Source: Chrysomallon squamiferum | Lineage: Eukaryota; Animalia; Mollusca | Direction: 5' to 3' | Assembly: GCA_012295275.1 (NCBI GenBank) | Contig: CM022679.1 | Location: forward strand, 18,166,001-18,230,000 | Length of the DNA: 64,000 bases | Part shown: positions 1 to 12,524 of the stretch, in pieces | Numbering within the stretch: the stretch's first letter is position 1 | How the letters are laid out: each line of letters starts with the position of its first letter | The notes under the pieces: generated by a model | The model's database searches: none | What the model was told of the DNA's origin: nothing | The model's input: only the letters and a program-made list of their open reading frames with translations | Translations under genes and position numbers: made by a program

Positions 1-1680
1 AGACATACCATAAACCATAGCATACATCAACAAACATGTCACATAGAAAATAACACAACACAGTGCACACCATATGAAGCAAAGACACAAACACCACAAT
101 GGTCAAAAGAAACAAAAAATAGACACAGACAGAATACCAGATACCAAACCCAGATACAAACATGACACTGGATAAAAAAAATACAAACATTCAGCAAAAA
201 CAAACATATGCAATACATACATTACATACACAATACAGGAAAAGACACCAAAAATATCACACCACAGCAAACAAAACAAAACACAACAAGACATAAAAAT
301 CAGACAAAGTATCAAATTCTCACAGACACACTAAAAAGACAAATATACCTACTACATACCTACCAGACAAAAAACAACAAAAAAACAGTCAGAAAGAGTA
401 GAGGGGACAAAAAACAGAGGCATACACAAGACATGAGACAGAAAACTCAAAGAAGCACCAGCAACAAATATATACAATACATGCATTATAGAAACCACAG
501 CACATATACCACATCCCACAAAACACAAATATTTACACAGACATTAACTGTTGCTCTACAATTAACAGTTCTCTATCACAAGGTAAGGCCCCTTTCTCAA
601 ACACAGCTGTTTTTTTCCCACTTGGCTGTTCAAATGTGTATAGTTCACATTCAGTTGTGTTGTCTCTTATTTTAATGATAACCTTTTTCAATCCATTTTC
701 ATGGCTCACACAAGTATCAGACAAATCGTAAGTATCCCATTAATATTGTGCTATTCTTCTGGCCTTAGGCTCTCCCTGTCTCTCTTCTATTGATAAAGGC
801 TTATTTCCCATTATAAACTGATCACCCTATGGCTGATTAGTGAAATCATTACTCATCAAAACTCCTATGGTTTCAAAAGGCAAGTCCTTCACATTTCCAT
901 AATGACTTTGAACACAAGAAAACTTTATATAACCGGATAACCATATTCTTCCTAGTAACCAAGGTTACAGACACCACATAGTGCAAGGTACACAAAACAG
1001 ACACCACATGACATATACCACATCATAAAACACAAATATATATAACACACATATTACACACACAATACACAGAAAACATCACAAACATACCATACACCAA
1101 ATATTCTACACATCAGTGGAGTCAGCTCTGTGTTGCGTTTTGTGTTGTATAGGTTGCACAAATACAGCACATCATACAGGACATAATATACATCACACAT
1201 AAACATTAATGGCCCATAAAATATACAGTAACTGACAGATGACACAACACCCAACAAAAAACAGATATAGACATGACACCAACCACAAAAGACTAACATG
1301 CAAAACAAAAACAAACTTTTATAATACATATATTAACATTCTGCACTGTACACAAACATGAGAAAACAAAATTCTTAAACATATATTACCCACACAGTAC
1401 AGGGAAAAGGGATACAAAAGAGAGACATAAAGCAGAGAAAACACATATGATATGACATGACATATACCATATAACACAAAACACAAATATACACAAGACA
1501 CACATCACACAACCATACAGGACAAGGCACAGAAAATCTCACATCACACAACAACATGAACCAAATATACCATATACCAAATAGTCAACATATTACATAC
1601 ATACTAGATACCACACATCACACGGGACAGTAAACACTAACAACAACAAATATATATATATGTACAACACAAATACTGTA
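1..1680. repeat. CA-rich low-complexity sequence enclosing a possible Gypsy-like fragment (about 530-960, minus strand)
   Basis: Strongly A/C-skewed degenerate repeats. The embedded non-repetitive block reads VKDLPFETIGVLMSNDF on the minus strand, reminiscent of a Gypsy protease C-terminus. Confidence 0.45.
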
Positions 1681-4600
1681 TTCATCAATGAGAATGATAA
1701 TTTTAGTCTGGATCCTACCTTATGACAATCCAATCCAGCTGTAGCTCTTGCTTAGTATAGCTCTCTGAGTGATTAGACATGGAAGATAAATCACCAAGTC
1801 ATGGAATATTTATTCATAAACAACAGAAAACAACCAAACTAATTATTATCTGATTTCATCTAAATTTTCATACAGTGTTTCTTCATCCTTCAGAGTCAGG
1901 AGGAAATGATGCCTTGGAAAACTGAAAGATTGCAACTGACAGTTTAGTGGAGAAGATTTGCTTTCTACAGTAATCTGTACAGATGTACATAAGATCTAAA
2001 ATTCATTTTTGTTACCTAAGTTAAGTAATGATGCAATTAAAACTTATTAAAATTAAATAGAACAAGTAAAAGGAAGAAATTTTAAAAATAATTTATCTTT
2101 ACTTCAAATGATGATCTGTTAGAAACCTTTTTATCAGTTACAAACAAAATCAGTTTCTTTTATTAATAGTAATTAAACGTGGTTGACCATCCATTGTTCA
2201 AGACAATTTTAATTGTTCATGGGATCACCAGTAAATCTTTTTGTAGCCATAATCTCTGGTTTGTGGCTGTTAACTCCTCCTGGATAATTTTGCCTCCTTT
2301 AGCTAATGTATCTTCTGCCTGATTTCCAAATTCTAGTGTGGTCGTTACTTGTTCAGAGGCACAGCTGAAGTCTAGAAACATCACCAGCCAGATCATTAAT
2401 ATATTTCTTTCTGGAGCATCTGAAATATTCACCACTTTCCTATATCTGTGCTTGATACTGTTAATCAGTTTTGCTTCTACATTTGCACTTTTGCAATTCT
2501 GTTGGTTTGTTTTTACTGCTGTTCTGCAGGATATCACTGCATATTCTAGAACTGTTTCATCATAGGTTGTGTTGACATTTTCCATTTTTTTTATTTTGTT
2601 CATGTGTTTGCAGGAATATGGTACTACTTTATCAAGTGTTGTGGGCTTGGTAGTGTATTTGTTAACATGTTTTCTATGTAATCCCATGATTAAATGAGAT
2701 CCTTAAGTAGGTTCGCTTTTCATGTAGAAGTAATTATTCCTTCAGTTTTACTTTTAATTGGCCAAAATGGAGACTATATATATGTATAATTTGTAGAAAT
2801 GATATATTAAATGAAATCCTACTGCAGATTCATTAAGCAATTTACACAGATGAACTGACTATCTTGTATTCAGATGAATACATCACAGTAGCTAATGTGG
2901 ACTGCTCTGGACAAAACCTGAGAAATGACAAAGAGGTGGTTTGTTAAATTAAATCCAAGGAAAACATGGCCATGTTGTACAACCACCAGCTTGTTGCTTC
3001 CCTTTATAGACCCAGAATTTGGGAGAAAAAGAACCACTACCTGGTAGATGATTTATTCACCATTTAATCAGATAATACAATGTCCAATGCATCATAATTA
3101 AATAATAACAATAATATAGAAAATCACCATGTCAATTATGTGAACATACAATTTTACAAATATATAAATAGATAAAGTACTTCATCATCAACTTTTTTGT
3201 TAAACGTTTTACAAATTCCATATATCTTCCCAGCTTTTCTTCTGTATTCTGCAAGCAGTTTTGTATCTAAATCTAATTATGTCTCAAAATTGTTCCATAT
3301 TTATAGTAGTGTCTTCTTAAGTTGTTGGAATTATGATAATTTATGAGAGTTCTTCAAAATATATCACTTCAATGTTTCTGAAATTCAACACAATCACAGC
3401 AGTTATTGAACAGTATTTATACCAGTTTTACCTGTATTCTAGCCATTATTTGCAGTTTTCAACTAAAATATTTCCAATTTAATTGTGTCAGGTCTTTTGT
3501 TTTTGTTTTTTAATGTTGTTCATTCTAAGTTGTTTTGTTTTAAAAAATTAGAATGAAAGGAATTCTTTATCAAATGTATTATTAAAAAAAAAAAAACACA
3601 AAAGAAACAACATCAGTTAACATTAACAATACTTTTACTGTCAAATAATTTACTAGCTGTTTTCTTGGCATTAGAAATGTCAATTTGAAATAATATGAAA
3701 ACGTATGATCCTTATAATTATGAAATAATTATTTAGATGATTGCAACAGATTAAGAATCAATTACTTGCATACATCATTTATTCAACAAAAAAACACAAA
3801 AACAGTCTAAACAGGGCAGACAAAGATCCCAGTGAAAAATCAAGGTACAGCAAAAGCTCACCAGTGAAAAAACAAGGTAGAACTAACTATATGCAAGAGT
3901 TCACTTATTCCATAGGTGCAAACATCTTGAAATCCTTTTCAACCAATTATAGTAACTCAAAAACTTTAAGTGAATTGTGTACTTAAACATAACGTTGAAG
4001 TTATGCCTTTAGAAATTCTGTTTTATGTTCTTTTTTATCAACAAAAAAATTATTTTATTTTTATTAATAAAATAATAAATAAAATTTTAATAGTAAGAAA
4101 TCCCTAAAAATAACTGTCCTGTTTTTCACTTTATTAGTGTGCAATTGTCCAGTCAGCAATTGTCAGATGAGATATTGTCCGCTTAGGTATTGTCTGGTGA
4201 CCAATTGCCCTACAGTTGACAAAAGCCATTCAGATGATATGTATAGTAATGTGAAAGAATATTTGCATCCTCAAATATTTGTAACCCCAGGGTAATGAAT
4301 ATTTGTTCACCTCATGTTTGGCAAATATTAGTTCTTCATACTTTAGGTTATAGAATTAGGGTTAAATTTTCAGACTTGGACAATAACACATTTTTCAAAA
4401 ATTGTTTTCCTCAGTATTTTCACACCAGTGTACTAACTGCTCTCAGTATTTTGATAAATGGAAATAACAGAAAAATATAGTCATAAGCAACAGGAGGGGG
4501 CAGATTATCCAGTCCCGAGAAACTTTCCTTTTAACTGCTGATTTTCTTGATGTTAAAGGATAAATAAACAATAATGCATATTCAGTAGAATTTTTATTGC

Positions 4601-6149
4601 AGATATGTGTATAGGGTGAGAATACATATAATAATTAAGAAACAAACTTTTATTCAGTGATTGCTGGTTGTGCTGGCTGCACAAGGAAAATGAGTACTAT
4701 TTACTGCTAAGTCTATGATTATGAATATGGTGATAAATTTAATTCTTTGATAAACCCAAGCATCAAAACTTGTCCAGAGATATTCATGATTTTCAAATTG
4801 ATATTTTTATCTCCAAAATACACCAGAATAAACCACTTTTTTTCAAAAAATTTGGTCAAAGCTTGCCTCCAAACCTCGTAGCAGGTTTTATGTCATCCTC
4901 TCATTTGCCACTAGTTGCCAACTTGTTCTTTAGGTTACTGAGCATTTCTTCTTATATTTCCTGGAAGGAGACTGAGATCTATGATAATGCATACGTCAGC
5001 TCCAAGCAATATTTGTTAAGAACAATGTAAAACAAAAATTGTTTTAAATTTGCTTGAAAAGATAAAGGAACAGGACACTGGGTATTGTCTTGGCTAATTT
5101 GTTGCATTATTAACATTTTTCACAATGTGCACAGCAGTTCTTACAATCATTACTCATGCCTTTCTAGAAAAAAATGACTCCTCAACTTCTGCCAAATTTT
5201 CTCCCAGACAAAATCAACTGTACCTTGGTAGATATTGGCAATTTTGCTGTTTTAAAAGTGAATATAATTTCTGAAAAATGATATCAAAAGCCGATGAAAA
5301 CCACAGCTGTACTTTTCGTTGGATACTATTTCATGACAAAATCAGTTTCTGTTTTCTAAAGTATGCCAAGTCACTCGTATGCTAGTTATGTGGATTACTT
5401 TTTAAGTTATTATATATAGCTGATCATACCCAGTTACTTGATTTTGATAATTTGGTGTCAGAGAAAAATATTAAACAATGGTAGAATTCTTATTTTTTTA
5501 AAGTTGGGGAGTGTTTGTTTTTTTGTTGTTTCTTATGTATGGGGGAGGCGTTTGTCCTTTCTTTTTTTATTTTTCCGATTTTTTTTCCTTTGAGAGGGCT
5601 TTTTATCCTTAGTACTTGCATTTCTACTAGGGAGCTTTTGTGCGCCGTGCGTTTGCGGACAAGGGGCTTTTGTCCTGGGGAGCTTATGTTCGTATCCCAT
5701 ACGTTTCTCCTGCACAAATGAATTGTTTTAATATCAGCAAAGTCTTTGTTGGATGATAATGCAATACCTTAATTCTACAGAAGCTTTTCATATATAGGAG
5801 AAAATAAAATAAAAATACAAAAAATTTGATGGCTTAATCCGAAAAGACCTGTAATCATCTGGAATTGTTCCACAGAATAAACTACACAAATACAATCTTT
5901 ATTAAAACAAAGTTAAAACGATGTTTTTGTATAGAAAACGTATCTTATTTGTTATTACATCAGCCAAATTGGAAATTAAACGTGCCATTCAGTAAGCACC
6001 GCGCGCCACCTTTTACCGATGACTGTTCAGTGTTCTATACTCTATAAATAATATAAAGCCATTTATTTTCTAACATTTTTATTAATTTATTTATTTATTA
6101 ATAATTATAAAAATGTAAGTCATAAAGTTGATTTATACTCCACCTCTGT

Positions 6150-6235
6150 CACTTTCCGGAAATGATTTTGACGCCTGCGCAATAAGAGGACACTAAATTA
6201 AAGCCGTCGCATAGCTTTTTTTCTGCACGTGTCGA
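6150..6235 (+). promoter_or_regulatory. Probable EBP2 core promoter (palindromic ETS-type site and E-box)
   Basis: Local CpG enrichment; TTTCCGGAAA at 6153-6162; CACGTG at 6226-6231, about 65 nt upstream of the ATG. Confidence 0.5.
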
Positions 6236-6293
6236 TTATGAACTCGTGAAATCGGTTTAACTTAATCTTGTTGAATTTTGAAAAGGAATCAGT

Positions 6294-7169
6294 ATGGCAG
6301 CGACGTCCGCAGATGAAATCTTGGATTCCGATTCTGAACTGCAGTCTGCTTTTTCATCGGGAACATTAAAAGTTGGATTAAATGTCGAAGTTCCAGCACC
6401 AAAGCAGTTCATTAACAACAGAGAAGGATTGTTATATTCCTTTAGCACGTTACTTCAAGATTTAGACTGGGTTGAACGATTAGACCTAGCAGATGATCCG
6501 TCAGCTATATATCGAGCCCAACTGGATGCAGAAGTGAACAATGATTTTGAAAGAGAAATGAAGTTCTATTGTCAGGCTCAACTTGCAGTTCTTGATGGAA
6601 TTCCACGATTGCAAAATCTTGGGATTGTCACTAAACGACCAGAAGATTACTTTGCTGAGATGGCGAAATCTGATAACCATATGAAAAAGGTACGTGAGAA
6701 ACTGCTACAGAAAAAAACTGGAATGGAACGATCAGAGAAGGCAAAGAAATTACGAGAGTTGAAAAAGTATGGTAAAAAGGTTCAACATGAAAACTTGTTA
6801 AAACGACAGAAAGAAAAGAGAGAAATGTTAGATACTGTTAAGAAATACAGGAAGGGTCATATGGACAAACTTGACTTATTAGAAGATGCTCTAGGTTATA
6901 AACCGAAAGGACAAAAAAAATCTGAACAAAATCAGAATATTCGAAAATATGAACCAAATAAAAGAAGACAATATAAGAACCAAAAGTATGGTTTTGGTGG
7001 GCAGAAAAAGAGATCTAAACTAAACACAGTTGCTAGCAATGCTGACACATCCAACTTTCGTATTAATGTACATCAAAAGTTGCCAGGAAAGAAAAGTAAA
7101 TCATCAAAAGGAAGATCAAACAAGAGACTTGGAAAATCTAAAAGGCAGACATTTAAAAGTAAAAAATAA
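6294..7169 (+). CDS. EBNA1BP2: rRNA-processing protein EBP2 (EBNA1-binding protein 2), single exon, 291 aa
   Basis: Uninterrupted ORF with Ebp2-family motifs: LDWVERLD, NDFEREMKFYCQAQ, TKRPEDYFAEMAKSDNHM, KKYGKKVQ, KYGFGGQKKRSKLN, and a basic C-terminal KRLGKSKRQ. Confidence 0.96.
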   Translation: MAATSADEILDSDSELQSAFSSGTLKVGLNVEVPAPKQFINNREGLLYSFSTLLQDLDWVERLDLADDPSAIYRAQLDAEVNNDFEREMKFYCQAQLAVLDGIPRLQNLGIVTKRPEDYFAEMAKSDNHMKKVREKLLQKKTGMERSEKAKKLRELKKYGKKVQHENLLKRQKEKREMLDTVKKYRKGHMDKLDLLEDALGYKPKGQKKSEQNQNIRKYEPNKRRQYKNQKYGFGGQKKRSKLNTVASNADTSNFRINVHQKLPGKKSKSSKGRSNKRLGKSKRQTFKSKK

Positions 7170-9490
7170 AATGAATGTTTCAGTTATAATTTGTAATTGA
7201 AACTGATTTTTTTATTCTTACTGGTTGAGAAACTAGCATATGATGTCAGAAAGGATTGCAGTCTTTTGAGCATTAAAGAAATTAAGTAATATAAGTTTTA
7301 TTTTTCTTGCATATACACTCACTTAAGCATAGAATTCCTTAAGCTTTTATTACATTAGTCATGGTAATGAAGCTGGAATAATTACATTAGATCTCAACCA
7401 GAACTGAGTAGACTTGTCTTCTGCTAGCTAGCATCTTGGTGAGACAAACGGTTATAATTAAAAAACAATTTTTTACTAATAATTATTTTTTCTTCTTCTT
7501 TCTATAAATGTATGTTGACATTATTTTTTCTAAATTGTTACCTTTTATTATTATTATTATTATTATTAATGTCAGAATAACCTGAATCATTAACATTTTT
7601 TGGAAAAGAAACTCACAAATGTATCATCAATATTTAATTTCAAAACATCTGAAAACAACTTCCTCAATCTACTCTCGGACAGAAATTTTGTAATTTATTT
7701 TATAAATTATATTTCTAACTACTAAATGGGTGCCAAGTAAAAACTAAAAGTTGTTTTCTAAATGCATTTTAAATAGCCATTGATTTGTCTTTGTGTATCA
7801 TTTTAGATGAGAGGTTTTCTGTTGCAAACAATTCTGTCCATAAGAATAATGTAGTTCTTAAACAGATCAAAACTATCATTTAAATCAGCAACAGCACAAA
7901 AAAAAAAAAAAAAATAATTAATATATATATATATATGTACTATTTGCTTGAGAGTATTTTTTTATCAGTTGTAATTACAGCTGTGTCACAAGGGCTGAAT
8001 ATGTTGACAGTATTTAATATCATTTTATCTTTAGGTTTGGCAGTAAATTATAAATATACAAAGTTCAAGTCTGAAAGGAATTTTCCTTTTTTTCTTGATG
8101 TTTGTTGTGGTCTGTTCATATGACATTTACTGATTAAGTACTCTGAAAAACATACCTTAGCTGTATTTTATATGATAAAAATATTTTATTCATTTGTTCA
8201 TATTATTTATTGTGAATAACTTGCTCCACATTCTGTTCAAGGCAGTTTACCACCATATTGCATTGTTCTGGTTTTCACCTTTCTTACTGAAAAGTTTTAT
8301 TTTATCAACTTAAATCATTAATATTACATTTTTGGTACACCTATGGCATTCTGTTTGTGTATGTACATGACACACACACCCAGTGGCAGGCCACACTGTT
8401 ATAGAAAAGAAGAAATATTTTATACTAAACACATTCAAAATATTAATCAAGTTGTCTGATCTGCCTTTGATAATTATGGCAGTTCCAAGCAAGTATTCCA
8501 GTACTGTTCAGTGCATGTGCTCTAACATTATTACTTAGTCTGTCGGTGATCGCCAAACACTGGAGCATGTGTATGCTACTTAATAGAACCTAAAATTTTA
8601 CAATGACCACATTTCTTTTTTTCAAAATATAGCTATTTCTGCTATACATAAATACATTTTTGCTTTATCGTCTGCCTATATATATGTAACATTTCTGATA
8701 TCCAGATTGTTGCACAACTCCAGACACTTGTCCTCTTCAGTCAGAAGTAATAGTCCATTATGTAAACACTACCTTATTTACCTGTGAAGGTAATGAACTT
8801 GTTCATCATCTTTATGTAATATCTTATTAAAATTTCATTCAGTATTAGTGCTCTTCTCAATTCCTCAAAATTTTACATTCATTCTTCATGTGTGTGTGTG
8901 TGTGTGTGTGCACTGGATGTACATAAGTTATTGTGTTTCTTATGAAATCATGTGCCTTCCATTGTTGTTTTGTCAAATGCCAAAAATTCTTATATGAGCA
9001 ATAAAGCATTATCATAATTATGATACTTTATCTTGTAATAAATATGTTTTGATGGTGACATTATTTGAATTATTTAAAGACATTAACAATCTGTTTTCAG
9101 CAAAGCTGGAATAGTTCATTATAATAACCAGATGTGCATCAGTTAACAAGATGTGTATCAGTAAGTCTTTTGAACTGTATTTGTTGTTTTATCATGCATC
9201 AGAATGGGGAAATTTATTGGGGGTGGAACAAAACACAAACAAACAATATAAAATATATATATATATGAAGATACCACTTGTTATCCTAATAACATAGACA
9301 AATGAAATTAACTATTTTATTTCTCAACTCATCCCTCAGCATTAGATTCATGCATCCTGTTTTTATTATCATTGTACACCAAAATAAAACTTCAGAATTA
9401 ATAAAAACCGTTTTCAAACAGGTCGTTTAAGATCAAAACCAGTAGTTTATCTTAAAGGCTAAAGAAGTAACTTTGAACAACATATGAATG

Positions 9491-9521
<31 letters not shown>

Positions 9522-10184
9522 CATCTTCTTGGATAGTTGAGGCAATAAGAGACTTCCTAAATTAGTCCATAAAGTCTGATAAATACCCTGGTTGTATTTG
9601 CCAAAATACATCATCATTGTCAGCACAAAATAAAATGAACTCTATGAAATAGGACATACAAGGTTTATTAGTGCACAATAATCAATCACAGTGTTATTTG
9701 GAAGTTGTAAAACATGCTAACAACCAAAATATTTTAGATATAAGAAGTATGGTTCCTCCCTCCCTCCCTCCCCCCTCTCTCTCTTTGAGAAAGATTAATA
9801 ACTGTAATGTTAAAAGGTAAGTGTTGAGAAACAGAAATTTCTGTTTTTCAAAAACAAAACAAACATAACAGTTTCTTTTTATATATGATCTGAAATCTAA
9901 ATAATGCATCAACAGGTTCTATAATATTTAAATAATGTAGTCTGCCCCACTCACTAGAACTGACCTTTACAAGCAGTGGTAATTAATATCATATTTTTCC
10001 ATTTCCACACTTAAGAGAAATATACTAACAGTAGAGAAACCTATTAACAGACAGCTAAATGTTATAGCACTGCAGCACAACTGTTAAAATAATTAGACAG
10101 TTTTCTTCACTGACTCATGTTAATCCTGAAGTTTTAGCTTTAGTGAATATCTGATATTACATATCAAACTATAGAATTTAATAA

Positions 10185-10218
<34 letters not shown>

Positions 10219-11600
10219 CTTATGTTTTCTGATTAAACGATTTGATTAAATGTTAAGCAAATTAAATTGTAAATGCTAGTTGTGTTACAAAGAAGACTAT
10301 TTTCATTTTAAAGTAATGACAATAATTCTAATTTTATGAGAATTCACCAACAGGAACATTTTTATTATTCTTGATGACAAGCTGCGGAAGACTGCATTTT
10401 TTTATTAAATAGGCATACAGATAACAATAATAATAATAAACACAATAATAACTATATTTCAGGTCTTATGATTTTAGACCAGATCAAAACTGCTTTAAAA
10501 TTTGTTTGAAGTGTCTTGTAAAATGAAATTAGTTCTGACCCTATTCAAGTGTTTAAAAAAAAAAAAATAATAAAGTAAAAGTTAATAAAAAAAATTAACA
10601 TTTTATTATCAGTTTTATGTTAAGTACAAACTAAATTTTTACAATGGCTTTATTTTTTTTTACTGAACAGTAATCAAATTATTTATTTCTATATTTGTAT
10701 ATTTAGTTACTGACAACGATAAAGTTCTACATTTTGAGCATATCACTGATAAAAGTTGAAATACATTAAATAAATATAGCTATATAAATACAGCAATACT
10801 AAATGTATTAAAAGACATGCACATGCAGATGTAGGGTTCTGAAAAAAAATTCATATTCAATAATTCCAACGGGGTGGAACTGAATTCATCATGCCTTTCT
10901 TTGAATATTAACCAAACAAAAGAAAATCTATTTTGTTGTAAAGAAGAGTGCACCATAATCCAAACCCAAACCACTTAGCTAATATCACAGAACTTCAAGA
11001 AAGGAGTTAATATTTTGTGAATAATATGTAGTGCAGACCCCATCATACTAAAAAAATATATCACAAATGTCTATCCCCAAGCTTTTACAAAATTTCAAAA
11101 TGGTTTAAATGACAACAATTTAAGAACTGTTAATAACAATAAAATCATTATAATTGGGACCCTGTCACGCTGGCAGATAATACATGTATGTAAGTACAAA
11201 TGCATACACACTCATGCACCCACCCAAGAAGATTCCTATACAGACACTCACACACACAACGAACATAAAAAACCATATTCTATAATGGTATCACTGCAGT
11301 CCATTATACAGCATGTGGTGGCTGACTAAACGAAATGTTCTAATAAACAGTTAAGAAAAATACATCAAACTGAAATTATTAAGCAAATTGTGAATTATCT
11401 TTATGATAATAAATACAGTCAGTTACCTATTAAATGCACAGCAAGCAAAAATAATAATAAAATATATGTATGTTTCTACAGATTAAAAAAATAATAAGAC
11501 TATGTGCTAAAAGTTATAAATTTAAAATAATATTAACAAATAGCAAATTCAAAAAGTGAAAATATATATAAAAAAATAAAAAAAATGTTCACAGATTATG

Positions 11601-11632
<32 letters not shown>

Positions 11633-12524
11633 TATATTTTTTTTTTTCAGAGCCAAAATGTAAAAAAATGAAGTCACATGTCTTATTCATTCACAAATTA
11701 AATAATATGATCGTATTTTAATAACCACAAATAATTCTGTTACTCTTTCATAAAGGAAAAATTATTTAAAAATAAAATTACCAACATTTTGTACTAAAAC
11801 TAAAATCTAATATTATCAAGGACCAGCATCTAAATAGACAATTATACTATTATTTTAAATATCTGATTATAGATATAATTGCATTTATTAAAGAAATGGT
11901 CTTATAAATAGTACATCTAAATAAATAAAAACTAAAAACTTAAGCTGTTATAAAACCAATTTCATTTTCTTTCATTTTAAAAATAATATAATCATAACAG
12001 GTGAGGGTAAATAATAATCAGAAATATAATGTTAAATGGCAAGTTACTTCATAAAATATTGTAAATGATTTTTTATTAAAAAGAAGGATCAGCAAGAAAA
12101 AGTATGGCTCTAAAATTGTTAGACACCATTTATGGTAACAGAAGCAATAATATTTTATGAACACAAACTCACAACCATTTGTGGCCTAAACATTATTTAT
12201 ATGTATTATTCCTTTACAACATACCATTTCAACTACAATGAAATATACATCAATAACATATATCACAAACATGACTCTTGAAAGACATACTTTCATATTT
12301 CATGGCTTGATTGGGAACCAGGAATTTATATCAGCAGTAGTAAGGTACCGTCTGAGCAAACAAATATCTTGGAAATATTTTAAAATAATTATTCAAGTAG
12401 TTAATAATCAATGAATAATGAGCCATATTTATTTTTAATGAATTAAATTTATTTTGATTTAACAAAAAAAAAAAAAAAAAAAAAAAATGAAAAGTTAAAG
12501 AAAAAAATTATTGTTTTATATATT

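Noticed and set aside
103-1557. ORFs of 60-155 aa at the window start
   Set aside because: They are translations of CA-rich low-complexity DNA (Thr/Gln/His- or Cys/Val-rich) with no domain signal.
4140-5700. Possible MULE-like element (short ATTGTCC and GGGGCTTTTGTCC subterminal-type repeats)
   Set aside because: I could not define paired TIRs, a TSD or convincing transposase motifs.
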